A DNA stretch of 64,000 bases from Planctomycetota bacterium (GCA_046290465.1 JBKAGP010000001.1:4224001-4288000); one strand, 5' to 3'. Positions 1 through 9,153 are shown, counted from the stretch's first letter. Numbers and translations are program-made. Notes: generated by a model from the sequence alone, not told the origin.

Positions 1-161
1 GTCGGGCTCAGCGAGTGTCCCGGCTGCTCGCGCCCGAACAGCCGTTCTGCGATCGCATAGAGGCTGTCGTGGTGGCTCTCGACCAGCGCTTCGATGCGGC
101 TGCGCACGGAGGCGCCGTCGCACGACTCCCCCTGCGCGTCTCGATCAGGACCCTCGACCAT
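1..161 (-). CDS. ECF-type RNA polymerase sigma factor, N-terminal part (ECF43/TIGR02999-like); continues beyond the window edge
   Basis: Not in the ORF track. Manual translation from ATG 161 gives MVEGPDRDAQGESCDGASVRSRIEALVESHHDSLYAIAERLFGREQPGHSLSPT. The ending resembles the E-x-P-G-H-T-L-x-P-T motif of kinase-associated ECF sigma factors. Confidence 0.7.
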   Translation of the reverse strand, partial: MVEGPDRDAQGESCDGASVRSRIEALVESHHDSLYAIAERLFGREQPGHSLSP

Positions 162-213
162 CGGGCTGCGATTGTGCCGCCCGGCCTGGCCGCAGGCCAG
201 CCGGACGGGCGCG

Positions 214-2439
214 CTACTGCACGCGGATCTCGTGGGCTTCGGTCGCATGGTAGACACCGTTGGGGGACGGAGCGTTGGCGGGCGACAGCGCGACGGCCTG
301 CAGCATCAGGCTCGACGCGGCGAGGCCCGGCGGCACGACCAGCGAGAACGGGTTGCCGCCCTGCGCGGCGGGCACGACCACCGGCGCGAACAGCGAGCCG
401 TGCCAGCCGTTGTAGAGCAGCAGGATGCGGCCCGGATCGACCCAGATGTCGGGCAGGTACTGGGTGCCGGCCGTGCCGGTCGCGACCAGGTCGAGTGCGA
501 GCAGCACCGGCGCGCCGTCGAGCGTGGCGTTGGGCGATAGCACCCGGGTGGTGACGACCGCGCCGGTCGTCGCCGGCTGGATCACGTGGCCGGGGCCGGT
601 GCGCGGCAGGTCGTCGACGCCGGTCAGCAGCGCGAGGCTCGCGGGGTCGGTCCCGGGATAGGGCTGGCTCGAGGCGTGCTCGGCCGTGTCGAACGCGACC
701 AGCCGCACGTCGTCGGCGAGCCCGAACGCGCCGCTGCAGCAGACGTCGGAGAACACCACTTCGACGATGCACCGCGACGCGTTGGCCGGCGCGACGAACG
801 CACCCGACTGGCGGCGGATCAGCGTCGTCTGGTTCTGGCGTTCGGCCGCGGTCACCGCGGGCAGCACCACGACCGGCCCGGTGGCGACACCGGTCGTCGT
901 CTGGAACCGCACGCGGACCTCGGCGGTATCGGCGTAGCTGGCGACGCCGCCGAGCCAGGCCGCTGCCTCGAAGCCGAGGCGGCCGGCCGCGACCAGCCCT
1001 GCGCTACCGCGCAGGTCGACCGTCTGCACGAGCCGCGCGTTGCCACCGTCTTGGAGCACCAGCGAGCCGAGCCCCTGCGCATTGGCGAACGCGCTGGTCG
1101 GTCGGTTGGGCGTTCCGTACTGCGGCACGTAGGCCCGTCCGGCGCCGGTGCCGTACCAGCCGACGGGCACGCCGAGCATCAGCGGACTGCCGGGCAGCGT
1201 GCCGACCTCGAACGAGCCGTTGTCGAGCAGGTTGGTCTGCAGCTGCAGCGGCGCCGGCGGTGCGACGGCGACCAGCCGCGCGCTGACGTTGTCGACGTTG
1301 GCGAAGCTGCCGCTGCAGCAGACGTCCGAGAAGCGCGCGAACACGTCGATGTAGGCGGTGTTGGCCGGCACCACGAGGTCGCGCTGCCGCCGCACCAGCG
1401 TGCTCTCGTAGTTGCGGTTGGCGGCGCCGACCGGACCGATCGTGCCCGAGCCGAGAGCGGTGCCGTTGGCCGTGCGGAAGCGGGCTTCGACGGTGGCCTG
1501 GTCGCCGTAGGTGCCGATGCCGCCGAGGTCGGCGCCGAGCCGCAGCGCCCAGTTGCCGTTGGCGAAGCGCGACGTCGAACCGCGCACGTCGATGGTCTGC
1601 CGCAGGCTGGCGTTGCCCGCGTGGCCGAGGAAGTTGCCGGCGGCGCCGCCGTTGCAGCTCGGGTTGGGCGCGGCACCGCCGATCGCACACGACACCAGGC
1701 CGCCCGGCGCACCCGGATCGACGTCGGAGTAGGCGCGCACCGAGGTGTGGTCGACCGACGCGCCCTCCCAACCGCCGCCGAACAGGTGCAGCGGCGAGCT
1801 CGGTTGCCAGCCCGCCTCGAAGCCGGGGTTGGCGAGCAGTTCTGGACCGAACGGCACCCCGGCCGGGATCACCGGACCGGTGGTGACGTAGGCCTGCACG
1901 AGGTCGGCGGCGGCCGCGGCCCCGCTGCAGCAGAGGTCGGAGAACTCGATGCGGATCGCGAAGCGCACGGTGCCGGGTTGGATCGGCACGACCAGCCGGC
2001 GCTCGAGCAGCACGGCTTCGCCGTTGCGTTCGACATCGCTGACGAACGCGGTCGCGTGCAGGCCGATCTGCACGCCGCTGCCGTCGAGCGAGCGCACCAC
2101 GAGGCGCGTCCGGTCGTTGCGGCCACCGCCGAGGAACGCCTCGGCGACCAGGTGCGAGCCGGCTGGCAGTGACGACGGCGTCACGATCTGCTCGATCACG
2201 CCGTTGCCGAGGTCCCGCAGCATCAGGCCGCCGCCGCCGATCACGCTCGAGCACAGCGTGCCGGGCAGCTCGGGCGAGCCGTAGGTCGAGACCGCGGCGG
2301 AGCCCGAGACGACGCTCCACGGCGTCAGGCTCCCGGACTCGAAGCCGGGGTTCTGCAGCAGGTTGGGGCCCTGGCCGGTGGCGGCGAGGGTGAGGATGCC
2401 GGCCATCGAGGCCAGCCTGGTGGATCGGATCAGCATCAT
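214..2439 (-). CDS. Secreted protein with three tandem galactose-binding-like (jelly-roll) repeats and a C-terminal domain
   Basis: Signal-peptide-like N-terminus (MMLIRSTRLASMAGILTLAATG). Three repeats start with NLLQNPGFE, ELLANPGFE and NLLDNGSFE, and each contains FSD(L/V)CCSG. High GC3 in this frame. Confidence 0.8.
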   Translation of the reverse strand: MMLIRSTRLASMAGILTLAATGQGPNLLQNPGFESGSLTPWSVVSGSAAVSTYGSPELPGTLCSSVIGGGGLMLRDLGNGVIEQIVTPSSLPAGSHLVAEAFLGGGRNDRTRLVVRSLDGSGVQIGLHATAFVSDVERNGEAVLLERRLVVPIQPGTVRFAIRIEFSDLCCSGAAAAADLVQAYVTTGPVIPAGVPFGPELLANPGFEAGWQPSSPLHLFGGGWEGASVDHTSVRAYSDVDPGAPGGLVSCAIGGAAPNPSCNGGAAGNFLGHAGNASLRQTIDVRGSTSRFANGNWALRLGADLGGIGTYGDQATVEARFRTANGTALGSGTIGPVGAANRNYESTLVRRQRDLVVPANTAYIDVFARFSDVCCSGSFANVDNVSARLVAVAPPAPLQLQTNLLDNGSFEVGTLPGSPLMLGVPVGWYGTGAGRAYVPQYGTPNRPTSAFANAQGLGSLVLQDGGNARLVQTVDLRGSAGLVAAGRLGFEAAAWLGGVASYADTAEVRVRFQTTTGVATGPVVVLPAVTAAERQNQTTLIRRQSGAFVAPANASRCIVEVVFSDVCCSGAFGLADDVRLVAFDTAEHASSQPYPGTDPASLALLTGVDDLPRTGPGHVIQPATTGAVVTTRVLSPNATLDGAPVLLALDLVATGTAGTQYLPDIWVDPGRILLLYNGWHGSLFAPVVVPAAQGGNPFSLVVPPGLAASSLMLQAVALSPANAPSPNGVYHATEAHEIRVQ

Positions 2440-2649
2440 GTCTTGCACGTGGGTGCGGCGCGAAGGAGTCGCGCCGGGCACATCCAGAACCGCGTCCGGC
2501 CGGGGCCGCGGTCGGCAGCGGTTTCGTGCCAGATCCCAAGTTCCGACCGCATCGGAGCTTCGCGGCTCGTCCGTGGACCGCCGGGCCGGGCGGTCCAGGC
2601 ATGAGTCGGCTGCTCAAGACGCCCGCGTCATCGGGTCGATGAGGAGGCC

Positions 2650-3240
2650 GTGAAGGGCATCGAGAAGATCACCTCCGTCCGGCTCGCCGAGATCCTGACC
2701 GAACGAGACGTCGTCTCGTCGGAGGTGATCACCGACGCGCTGTACTCGCAGGACAAGAACGGAGAGCCGTTCGCGCAGGTGCTCGTCAACGGCGGCCACA
2801 TCACCGAGTGGGACCTCGCCAAGATCGTCACCGAGAACTTCAACCTGCCGTTCCTGATGGCGGGCAACTACTCGATCAGCGAGGAGGCCAAGGAGCGCCT
2901 GCCGAAGGAGACGCTGTTCAAGTACACGATCGTGCCGCTCGACACGTTCGGCGACATCGTCACGGTCGCGATGCCGGTGATGCTCTCGTTCGAGGACATC
3001 GCCAAGATCCAGAAGGAGCACAACTGCGATCTGTTCCCGTACGTCGGCCTGATCTCGGAGAACAAGAAGGTCCTGACCGACATGCACAAGGACTACCCGC
3101 AGTGGGTCGAGGACGACGCCAAGCGTCGCGAGGAAGAGGCCGTCAAGCGCAAGGCCTCGCCGAAGAAGGGCGAGGAGGGCGACTGGATGAGCATCTTCGA
3201 CGCCGGGGACGAGGCGATCCAGCAGTCCAAGAAGGGCTGA
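2650..3240 (+). CDS. Stand-alone GspE/PilB N-terminal (MshEN/T2SSE_N-like) domain protein
   Basis: SD GAGGAGG before the GTG. Motifs RLAEIL...ITDALYSQ...FAQVLVNGGHITEWDL and IVPLD..GD.VTVAM. No ATPase domain. Confidence 0.7.
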   Translation: MKGIEKITSVRLAEILTERDVVSSEVITDALYSQDKNGEPFAQVLVNGGHITEWDLAKIVTENFNLPFLMAGNYSISEEAKERLPKETLFKYTIVPLDTFGDIVTVAMPVMLSFEDIAKIQKEHNCDLFPYVGLISENKKVLTDMHKDYPQWVEDDAKRREEEAVKRKASPKKGEEGDWMSIFDAGDEAIQQSKKG

Positions 3241-3277
3241 TCGCCCAAAAGGGCTGAGCACCAAGAAGGGCTGATCG
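3227..3277. repeat. 17-bp tandem repeat x3 spanning the stop codon of the 2650-3240 gene
   Basis: ccaagaagggctgatcg / cccaaaagggctgagca / ccaagaagggctgatcg. Confidence 0.9.
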
Positions 3278-3577
3278 TCAGAACAGGCCGGGATAGATCG
3301 GCGCGAACGGCGGCACGAAGCTGGCCAGCGCGCTGACGACTGCCAGGGTGCAACCCAGGACCGGCTTGCGACCCGCCTCAGCGAGGTGCGAGGCGATGGC
3401 GCCGTTCCACAGGGCCACCAGGGCGAGGATGATCGCCGGCAGGTTGCACGACCAGACCAGGAACGCGTCGTAGAACGGTCCACGAACGATCACCAGCGCG
3501 ATCATCCCGAGCCGGATGGCGATGCTGGCGGCCGCAGCCTTCAGGCAGCGCCGGGCCCGAACCTCGGCCCCTGCCAC
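3278..3577 (-). CDS. Small hypothetical membrane protein
   Basis: 99-aa ORF with three hydrophobic segments, co-oriented downstream of the DUF2007-like gene. Start uncertain. Confidence 0.45.
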   Translation of the reverse strand: MAGAEVRARRCLKAAAASIAIRLGMIALVIVRGPFYDAFLVWSCNLPAIILALVALWNGAIASHLAEAGRKPVLGCTLAVVSALASFVPPFAPIYPGLF

Positions 3578-3588
3578 GAGCGTTCCGC

Positions 3589-3885
3589 CTAGTCCTCGTG
3601 CTCGGCGTCCGGGTCGTTCTTCGATTCCATCGCCTGGCGCGTCAGGTCGTCCTGGTCGACATCGGTCGGCTTCAGGATCTCGCGGGCGCGTTCGGCGGCC
3701 TCGGTCGGGACCATCACGCGCACGTTGTTGACGTTGAGCAGGCGCTGGCTCATCGCGAACTCGTCGACCGACGAGTTGCCGTCGATGAACGCCGGGATGC
3801 CCTCGGCCTCGAGCATGGCGACGTAGATCTTCGCCTGGTCGGGCGTGCTGGCGACCTTGACGACGGTGCTGATGGGTTCGCTCAC
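3589..3885 (-). CDS. DUF2007-like putative signal-transducing protein
   Basis: GTG start overlaps the tat stop (GTGA). Pattern A.IYVAMLEAEGIPAFI...VRVMVPTEAAERAREIL. Confidence 0.75.
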   Translation of the reverse strand: MSEPISTVVKVASTPDQAKIYVAMLEAEGIPAFIDGNSSVDEFAMSQRLLNVNNVRVMVPTEAAERAREILKPTDVDQDDLTRQAMESKNDPDAEHED

Positions 3886-4391
3886 GATGCTTCCTTCTCC
3901 TTGTTGGTGTCCGCCGTGGCCGGCTCCGGGGTGTCGGAGGCGCTCGGCGGCGGGTCGGTATCGCCGGTCGGGTCCGGGTTGCCGGTCGGGTCCGGGTCGC
4001 CGGACTCGACCTCCACGACCGGATCGTCGTCCATGGCGTCGTGGTCCGCGTCGTGGTCCGTCGGCCCGTCGGTCGGTTCGTCGCGGACCGCTGCCGACAT
4101 CGCCTCGTGGGTCAGGTCCTTCAGGGCCCCCGCGGGGTTGGACATCGCGCGCGGCACCTTGGCCACGTTCTTGACCTCGCGGGCGGTCTCCTTGAACGCG
4201 CGGCCGGCGTCGCGCAGGTCGCCGTCGCGGTCGATCTGGTCCTTGAAGTCCTGGAAGCTGCGCTTCAGCTGCGCGACCACCCGACCCAGACTGCGGCCAG
4301 CATCGGGCAGGTTCCGGCCGTAGAGCAGGAGCCCGATGAAGAACAGCAGGAACATCTCCTGCCAGCCGATCGACGAGAACAGGGCGATCAC
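3882..4391 (-). CDS. Twin-arginine translocase TatA/TatB family subunit
   Basis: IGWQEMFLLFFIGLLLYGRNLPDAGRSLGR transmembrane segment plus amphipathic helix, followed by an acidic tail. Confidence 0.85.
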   Translation of the reverse strand: MIALFSSIGWQEMFLLFFIGLLLYGRNLPDAGRSLGRVVAQLKRSFQDFKDQIDRDGDLRDAGRAFKETAREVKNVAKVPRAMSNPAGALKDLTHEAMSAAVRDEPTDGPTDHDADHDAMDDDPVVEVESGDPDPTGNPDPTGDTDPPPSASDTPEPATADTNKEKEAS

Positions 4392-4448
4392 GGAACGGTG
4401 AGCATAACGCCAATGGAAGTGGAAGGCCTGCCGCTACAACGGTGGGCG

Positions 4449-5279
4449 ATGATTCGTCTTTCGTCGTGCGTCGCGGCGGCGCTGGCGATGCTCGCCGGCT
4501 GTGCCGCACCGCCGGTCCCGCCGCCCCAACCGGCCCCGGCCGAGACCCCGCAGCTGGCGACGAGCTTCGGCGACCAGACCCCGGGCTTCGTGCCGGCCGG
4601 CGCACTCGATGCGGTGGTGCCGATCTACCACCCCGACACCGAGACGCTCGGCAGCGGCACGGTCGTCGCGCCGGACCGTGTCCTGACCGCCGCGCACGTG
4701 GTCGACGGCCTGCCGCGCGACGAGACCGGCCGGATCCCGCTGCGCATCGACGGCGCCGACGTGATCGCCACGGTGATGGACAAGGGCGACGCGAGCACGC
4801 CGCACGGCGACTGGGCGCTGCTGCTGGTCGAAGGCAAGAGCTTCCTGCAGCCGGCCGTCGTGCACGAGGCGGCGCGCGACTGGCGCTGGCATCCGCCCGA
4901 GGGCACCGAGATCCTGCTGGTCGGCTACGCGGCGGGGTTCTTTCCGGGCCGGACGATCGACATCGACGCGCCGACCCCGAGCGTGCGGGCCCGGGTGCGC
5001 GAGACCGTCGAGCGCCGTTCGTGCTGGTATGCGGTCGGCGACGAGCTCGACCTCGGCGGCATGTCGGGCGGCGGCGTGATGGTCTGGAACCACGAGGATC
5101 GCCGCGCCGAGCTGATCGGCGTGTTCCGCGGCTACGTGCCGACCGAGACCGTCACGACCGAGACCACCCGCGTGATGGGCCTGCAGGTCACCAGCCGCGA
5201 GACGCGCACCCAGAGCATCGCGTTCATGGTGCACCGGCTGCCCGAGGTCGTCGCCAATCCGGGCGTTCCGCTCCGCTGA
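4449..5279 (+). CDS. Trypsin-like (S1) serine protease lipoprotein
   Basis: Lipobox LAGC; catalytic motifs LTAAHV, GDWALL and GMSGG. Confidence 0.8.
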   Translation: MIRLSSCVAAALAMLAGCAAPPVPPPQPAPAETPQLATSFGDQTPGFVPAGALDAVVPIYHPDTETLGSGTVVAPDRVLTAAHVVDGLPRDETGRIPLRIDGADVIATVMDKGDASTPHGDWALLLVEGKSFLQPAVVHEAARDWRWHPPEGTEILLVGYAAGFFPGRTIDIDAPTPSVRARVRETVERRSCWYAVGDELDLGGMSGGGVMVWNHEDRRAELIGVFRGYVPTETVTTETTRVMGLQVTSRETRTQSIAFMVHRLPEVVANPGVPLR

Positions 5280-5342
5280 GGCACGGACTCTGGTGGAAGC
5301 ACTGGACCGGGATCCGTCCGCTCCATACCTTCTTTCGCCCTC

Positions 5343-6935
5343 ATGAGCGACAAGCCCATCTTTGCCGTCGAAAAGCTCACCAAGAGCTACCAGGGCAAGA
5401 AGCCCGTCCTGAACGACATCAGCCTCGTGTTCCTCGAGGGCGCCAAGATCGGCGTCATCGGCCAGAACGGCGCGGGCAAGTCGACCCTGCTCCGCATCAT
5501 GGCGGGCGAGGACAAGGAGTACGACGGGGTCGCGCGCCTGGCCGACGGCAAGACCGTTGGCTACGTGCCGCAGGAGCCGAAGCTGATCGAGGACCTCACG
5601 GTCCGCGAGAACGTCGAGAAGGCGGTCGAGCCGATCCGCAACCTGCTCAAGGCGCACGAGGAGGTCTCGATGAAGCTCGCCGAGGACCTGCCGCCGGCCG
5701 AGATGGACAAGGTGATGGCCGAGTTCGAGCGCCTGCAGGGCGAGATCGACGCCAAGGACGCGTGGGAGATCGACCGCTACGTCGAGACCGCGATGACCAA
5801 GCTGCACCTGCCGCCCGGCGAGAAGAACGTCTCGGCGTGCTCCGGTGGCGAACGCCGCCGTGTCGCGCTGTGTCGCACGCTGCTCGAGGCGCCCGACCTG
5901 CTGCTGCTGGACGAGCCGACCAACCACCTCGACGTCGAGACCGTTCGCTGGCTCGAGGAGCAGCTCGCCAACTACAAGGGCACGGTCGTGGTCATCACGC
6001 ACGACCGCTTCTTCCTCGACAACGTCGTCGGCTGGATGCTCGAGGTCTGGCACGGCCGCGCGATCCCGTACCAGGGCAACTACTCCGAGTACCTGATCCA
6101 GCGCGCCAAGCGCATGGCTTCGCAGGAGCAGGCGCAGCAGAAGCGCGCCAAGTTCCTCGAGCGCGAACTCGACTGGATCCGCATGAACCCGAAGGCGCGC
6201 GCCACCAAGAACAAGTCGCGCCTGAAGAACTACGACAAGATGATGGAGGAGGAGGTCGAGCAGTCGGACGACTCGGTCGAGCTCCAGATCCCCGCGGGCA
6301 AGCGCCTCGGCGACACGATCATCCGCTTCGAGAAGGTGTGGTTCTCGTACGACGGCGAGAAGAACGTGCTCGAGAACGTCTCGTTCGACATGCAGCCGGG
6401 CGACATCCTCGGCATCGTCGGCCCCAACGGCACCGGCAAGACCACCTGCCTCAAGCTGATCACCGGCCGTCTCGAGCCGCAGCAGGGCACGGTCACGGTC
6501 GGCAAGACGGTCGACCTGTGCCACGTCGACCAGGAGCGCGAGACGCTCGACCCCGACCGCACCGTCTGGGAGGAGATCGCCGACGGCCAGGACATCATCA
6601 AGCTCGGCAAGACCGAGATGAACAGCCGCAGCTACGTGGCCAAGTTCAACTTCACCGGGCCCGACCAGCAGCAGAAGGTCGGTTCGCTGTCCGGTGGTCA
6701 GCGCAACCGCGTGCAGCTCGCCAAGATGCTGCGCCGCGGCGGCAACATGATCCTGTTGGACGAGCCGACCAACGACCTCGACCTGGACACGCTGCGCGTG
6801 CTCGAAGAGGGCATCCAGAACTTCCCCGGGTGCATGGTGATCGTCTCCCACGACCGCTACTTCCTCGACCGCGTCTGCACCAAGATCCTGGACCTCGGCA
6901 ACTACGAGCCGGGCAAGTTCCTCGACAGCCTGTAG
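5343..6935 (+). CDS. ettA: ABC-F translation factor EttA
   Basis: Two ABC domains (GQNGAGKST, GPNGTGKTT). EttA-typical segments GAKIGVIG, ELDWIRMNPKARATKNKSRL and LSGGQRNRVQLAK. Confidence 0.9.
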   Translation: MSDKPIFAVEKLTKSYQGKKPVLNDISLVFLEGAKIGVIGQNGAGKSTLLRIMAGEDKEYDGVARLADGKTVGYVPQEPKLIEDLTVRENVEKAVEPIRNLLKAHEEVSMKLAEDLPPAEMDKVMAEFERLQGEIDAKDAWEIDRYVETAMTKLHLPPGEKNVSACSGGERRRVALCRTLLEAPDLLLLDEPTNHLDVETVRWLEEQLANYKGTVVVITHDRFFLDNVVGWMLEVWHGRAIPYQGNYSEYLIQRAKRMASQEQAQQKRAKFLERELDWIRMNPKARATKNKSRLKNYDKMMEEEVEQSDDSVELQIPAGKRLGDTIIRFEKVWFSYDGEKNVLENVSFDMQPGDILGIVGPNGTGKTTCLKLITGRLEPQQGTVTVGKTVDLCHVDQERETLDPDRTVWEEIADGQDIIKLGKTEMNSRSYVAKFNFTGPDQQQKVGSLSGGQRNRVQLAKMLRRGGNMILLDEPTNDLDLDTLRVLEEGIQNFPGCMVIVSHDRYFLDRVCTKILDLGNYEPGKFLDSL

Positions 6936-7064
6936 CGGCGGTTGGCCGGTCGGTCCGCTGCGCGAGCGCGGTGCTTGGGTGACGTCCTGGCCTCGAGCCG
7001 GGATTGCGGACGGTTCTCGCAGAAAGGGTGGATAATCCACTCTCTAAATGTCGATAATCCGGTC

Positions 7065-7634
7065 ATGACGCGCTGGGGAGGATTCCCGGAGGAGCATCTC
7101 GCGGCACTCGGTGCGCACTTGCAGGTCGCTGGACGGAGTCTGCGGCTCCTGGTCGTCGGAGGTGCGGCGATGCGGATGCGCGGGGTCATTCCGCGAGCGA
7201 CGCAGGACGTCGACGTGCTGGCAATGGTCGACGACGGCGGCCATGTGGAACTGCCGCAACTGACGTGGCTCCGGCCGCTCGTTCTGCGCGTGGCGCGTGA
7301 CTTCGCGGTGCCTGACGACTGGCTCAACACAGAAGTTGCCATGCAGTGGCAGACTGGGCTGCCTCCCGAGCCATTGCGCGACGTCGTGTGGCGTTCGTTC
7401 GGCGCGCTCGAGGTAGGGCTGGCCGGCCGCCAGTTGTTGGTCACCCTGAAGCTGTTCGCGGCCTGCGACCATTCGCCCGCCAGCGTGCACTGTCAGGACC
7501 TGATCGCACTCGCACCGAGCGCGCCGGAGTTGGCACGAGCACGAGAATGGGTGGTGACCCAGGACGCCAGTGAGGCCTGGCCCGGAATCGTCGATCAGGT
7601 GATGGCACATGTCCAAGCTCAACGACCTTCTTAG
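7065..7634 (+). CDS. Pol-beta-like nucleotidyltransferase (DUF6036/AbiEii/MenT-like), candidate toxin
   Basis: VVGGAAM...RATQDVD motif, then DWLN and LKLFA...H.QDL motifs. Atypical codon usage. Confidence 0.75.
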   Translation: MTRWGGFPEEHLAALGAHLQVAGRSLRLLVVGGAAMRMRGVIPRATQDVDVLAMVDDGGHVELPQLTWLRPLVLRVARDFAVPDDWLNTEVAMQWQTGLPPEPLRDVVWRSFGALEVGLAGRQLLVTLKLFAACDHSPASVHCQDLIALAPSAPELARAREWVVTQDASEAWPGIVDQVMAHVQAQRPS

Positions 7635-8565
7635 GGGCGCCGCTGACGCAGTACTCACGGCGTGCTGGCAGCAGTGGCGTTCGCTCCTCGGCGAACGCGT
7701 CGAGGCGCAGCCCGGCCAGAGTGCCATGGTCGATCCTGAGGCGTTGGTGCTCGCATCGCTGTCCGTGCGTTCGAGCGAGCGACGGCTGGACGACATGCTG
7801 ATGGTGCTCGCCGAGGACTCGCACTTGCTCAGCGTGCAGCGCATCAAGTCGCTGGCCAGGTGGTTCCCCGGGCGGCTGACCGAGGACCTGGCCTGGTTCG
7901 CCGGCATGGCACGCGACGCCGGGGACGCACGTTGGCGATCTCTGCAGGGAGCCGAGGTGCGCGAAGCTCGTGGTCGCATCCGAAAGTCGATGCCCTCGCT
8001 GTCGCTGCGCTTCCCCGCGGCGTTCATGCTGCGCATGCGGTCTGGACTCGGAGTCGGCGTCAAGGCGGATCTGGTCTCGTGCCTCGCCGGGTTGCAGGCG
8101 ACGACGAACCGGCACGCAGGTGGTCTCAGCGTCGCGGACCTGCACGAAGTTCTCGGCTACTCGAAGGCGGCGACGCGCACCGCGCTCGACGAGATGGCGC
8201 GCGTCGATGTCGCCATCCGAGAGGATCGTCGCCCGGCTCGCTACCGCCTCGGAAGCGTCTTCTTCCAGGATCTCCAGGCGAGCGCGCCGCATGTCGGCAT
8301 GACCGCGCCACCGTGGGGCTACTGCGCACAGGTCTTCGCGATGCTGATCTCGTGCGCCGAACTGCATGCCGATTCGGGGCTCGCAGCGATGCCGGGGGTC
8401 GTCCAGGCATCGCGACTGCACGACCTGCACGACCGATTCGCATTCTGCCTGCCGTGGTTCGGACTACGGCCGGTCGATCCGCGGGTTCATCGCGGCGAGG
8501 CGTTCGTCGACGGGTTCGAGCCGGTGCTGCAGGCGATCGTCGACTGGGCCGGCGAACGGCTCTAG
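7609..8565 (+). CDS. Hypothetical protein with a central winged helix-turn-helix, candidate antitoxin/partner
   Basis: Overlaps the upstream nucleotidyltransferase by 26 nt. LSVADLHEVLGYSKAATRTALDEMARVDVA...ARYRL is wHTH-like. Atypical codons. Confidence 0.65.
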   Translation: MSKLNDLLRGAADAVLTACWQQWRSLLGERVEAQPGQSAMVDPEALVLASLSVRSSERRLDDMLMVLAEDSHLLSVQRIKSLARWFPGRLTEDLAWFAGMARDAGDARWRSLQGAEVREARGRIRKSMPSLSLRFPAAFMLRMRSGLGVGVKADLVSCLAGLQATTNRHAGGLSVADLHEVLGYSKAATRTALDEMARVDVAIREDRRPARYRLGSVFFQDLQASAPHVGMTAPPWGYCAQVFAMLISCAELHADSGLAAMPGVVQASRLHDLHDRFAFCLPWFGLRPVDPRVHRGEAFVDGFEPVLQAIVDWAGERL

Positions 8566-8577
8566 TGCGGCGGCCGC

Positions 8578-9153
8578 TTACCGCCGCTTGAAGCCGACCA
8601 CCAGGCCGGTCGCGCCGAGGCCGGCGGCGGGCAGGCTGCCGAGGATGAAGCCCTTGAAGCTCTCGAGGTCCTGTTCGGCGCGCTCCATGAAGCTCGAGAA
8701 CAGGTCGTTGATGGCCTGCCAGTCGACCACGACCAGTTCGGCCTGCGCCAGCAAGAACGTCATCACCAGCCAGAAGCCGACGGCGATCGCGGCGAGCTTG
8801 AGCACCGTGCGCACGAACAGGCCGATGCAGAAGCCGGCGATGAAGCTGAAGCCGAGGCGGAAGACGCCCTTCGACGCGGGCTCGCCCTCGGCGGCCGCGG
8901 TCTGGCCGGTGCCGCCGCCGCCCGGCTGGTCGGGCACGAGCCCCGCGCCGAGTGCGTTCGGGGTGCCAGCCCCGCCGCCGGTGGTCTCGGGCGCGTCGCC
9001 GCTGACGAGCGTCAGCACGCCGCCGGCGACGACGGCCACGACGGCGATGCCGAGCGCGACTTTCTCCCAGCGGGGCATGTCGCGCAGCCACTCGCCGAAG
9101 CTGCGCTTCTGGCCGGGAGTCGACTTCGGGCTCTGCTGCTCGTCGCTGCTCAT
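8578..9153 (-). CDS. FUN14-like membrane protein
   Basis: LGFSFIAGFCIGLFVRTVLK, VVVDW and GLVVGFKR are typical of FUN14 domains; one additional N-terminal TM segment. Confidence 0.75.
   Translation of the reverse strand: MSSDEQQSPKSTPGQKRSFGEWLRDMPRWEKVALGIAVVAVVAGGVLTLVSGDAPETTGGGAGTPNALGAGLVPDQPGGGGTGQTAAAEGEPASKGVFRLGFSFIAGFCIGLFVRTVLKLAAIAVGFWLVMTFLLAQAELVVVDWQAINDLFSSFMERAEQDLESFKGFILGSLPAAGLGATGLVVGFKRR

Noticed and set aside
3945..4005. Repeat in the tatA/B tail (PDPTGN/PDPTGD)
   Set aside because: Ordinary low-complexity coding repeat in a disordered tail.
6930..8577. Target-site duplication or att sites around the nucleotidyltransferase cassette
   Set aside because: Only weak tag(t)gcggcgg similarity at both ends, expected by chance in GC-rich DNA; no integrase or transposase.
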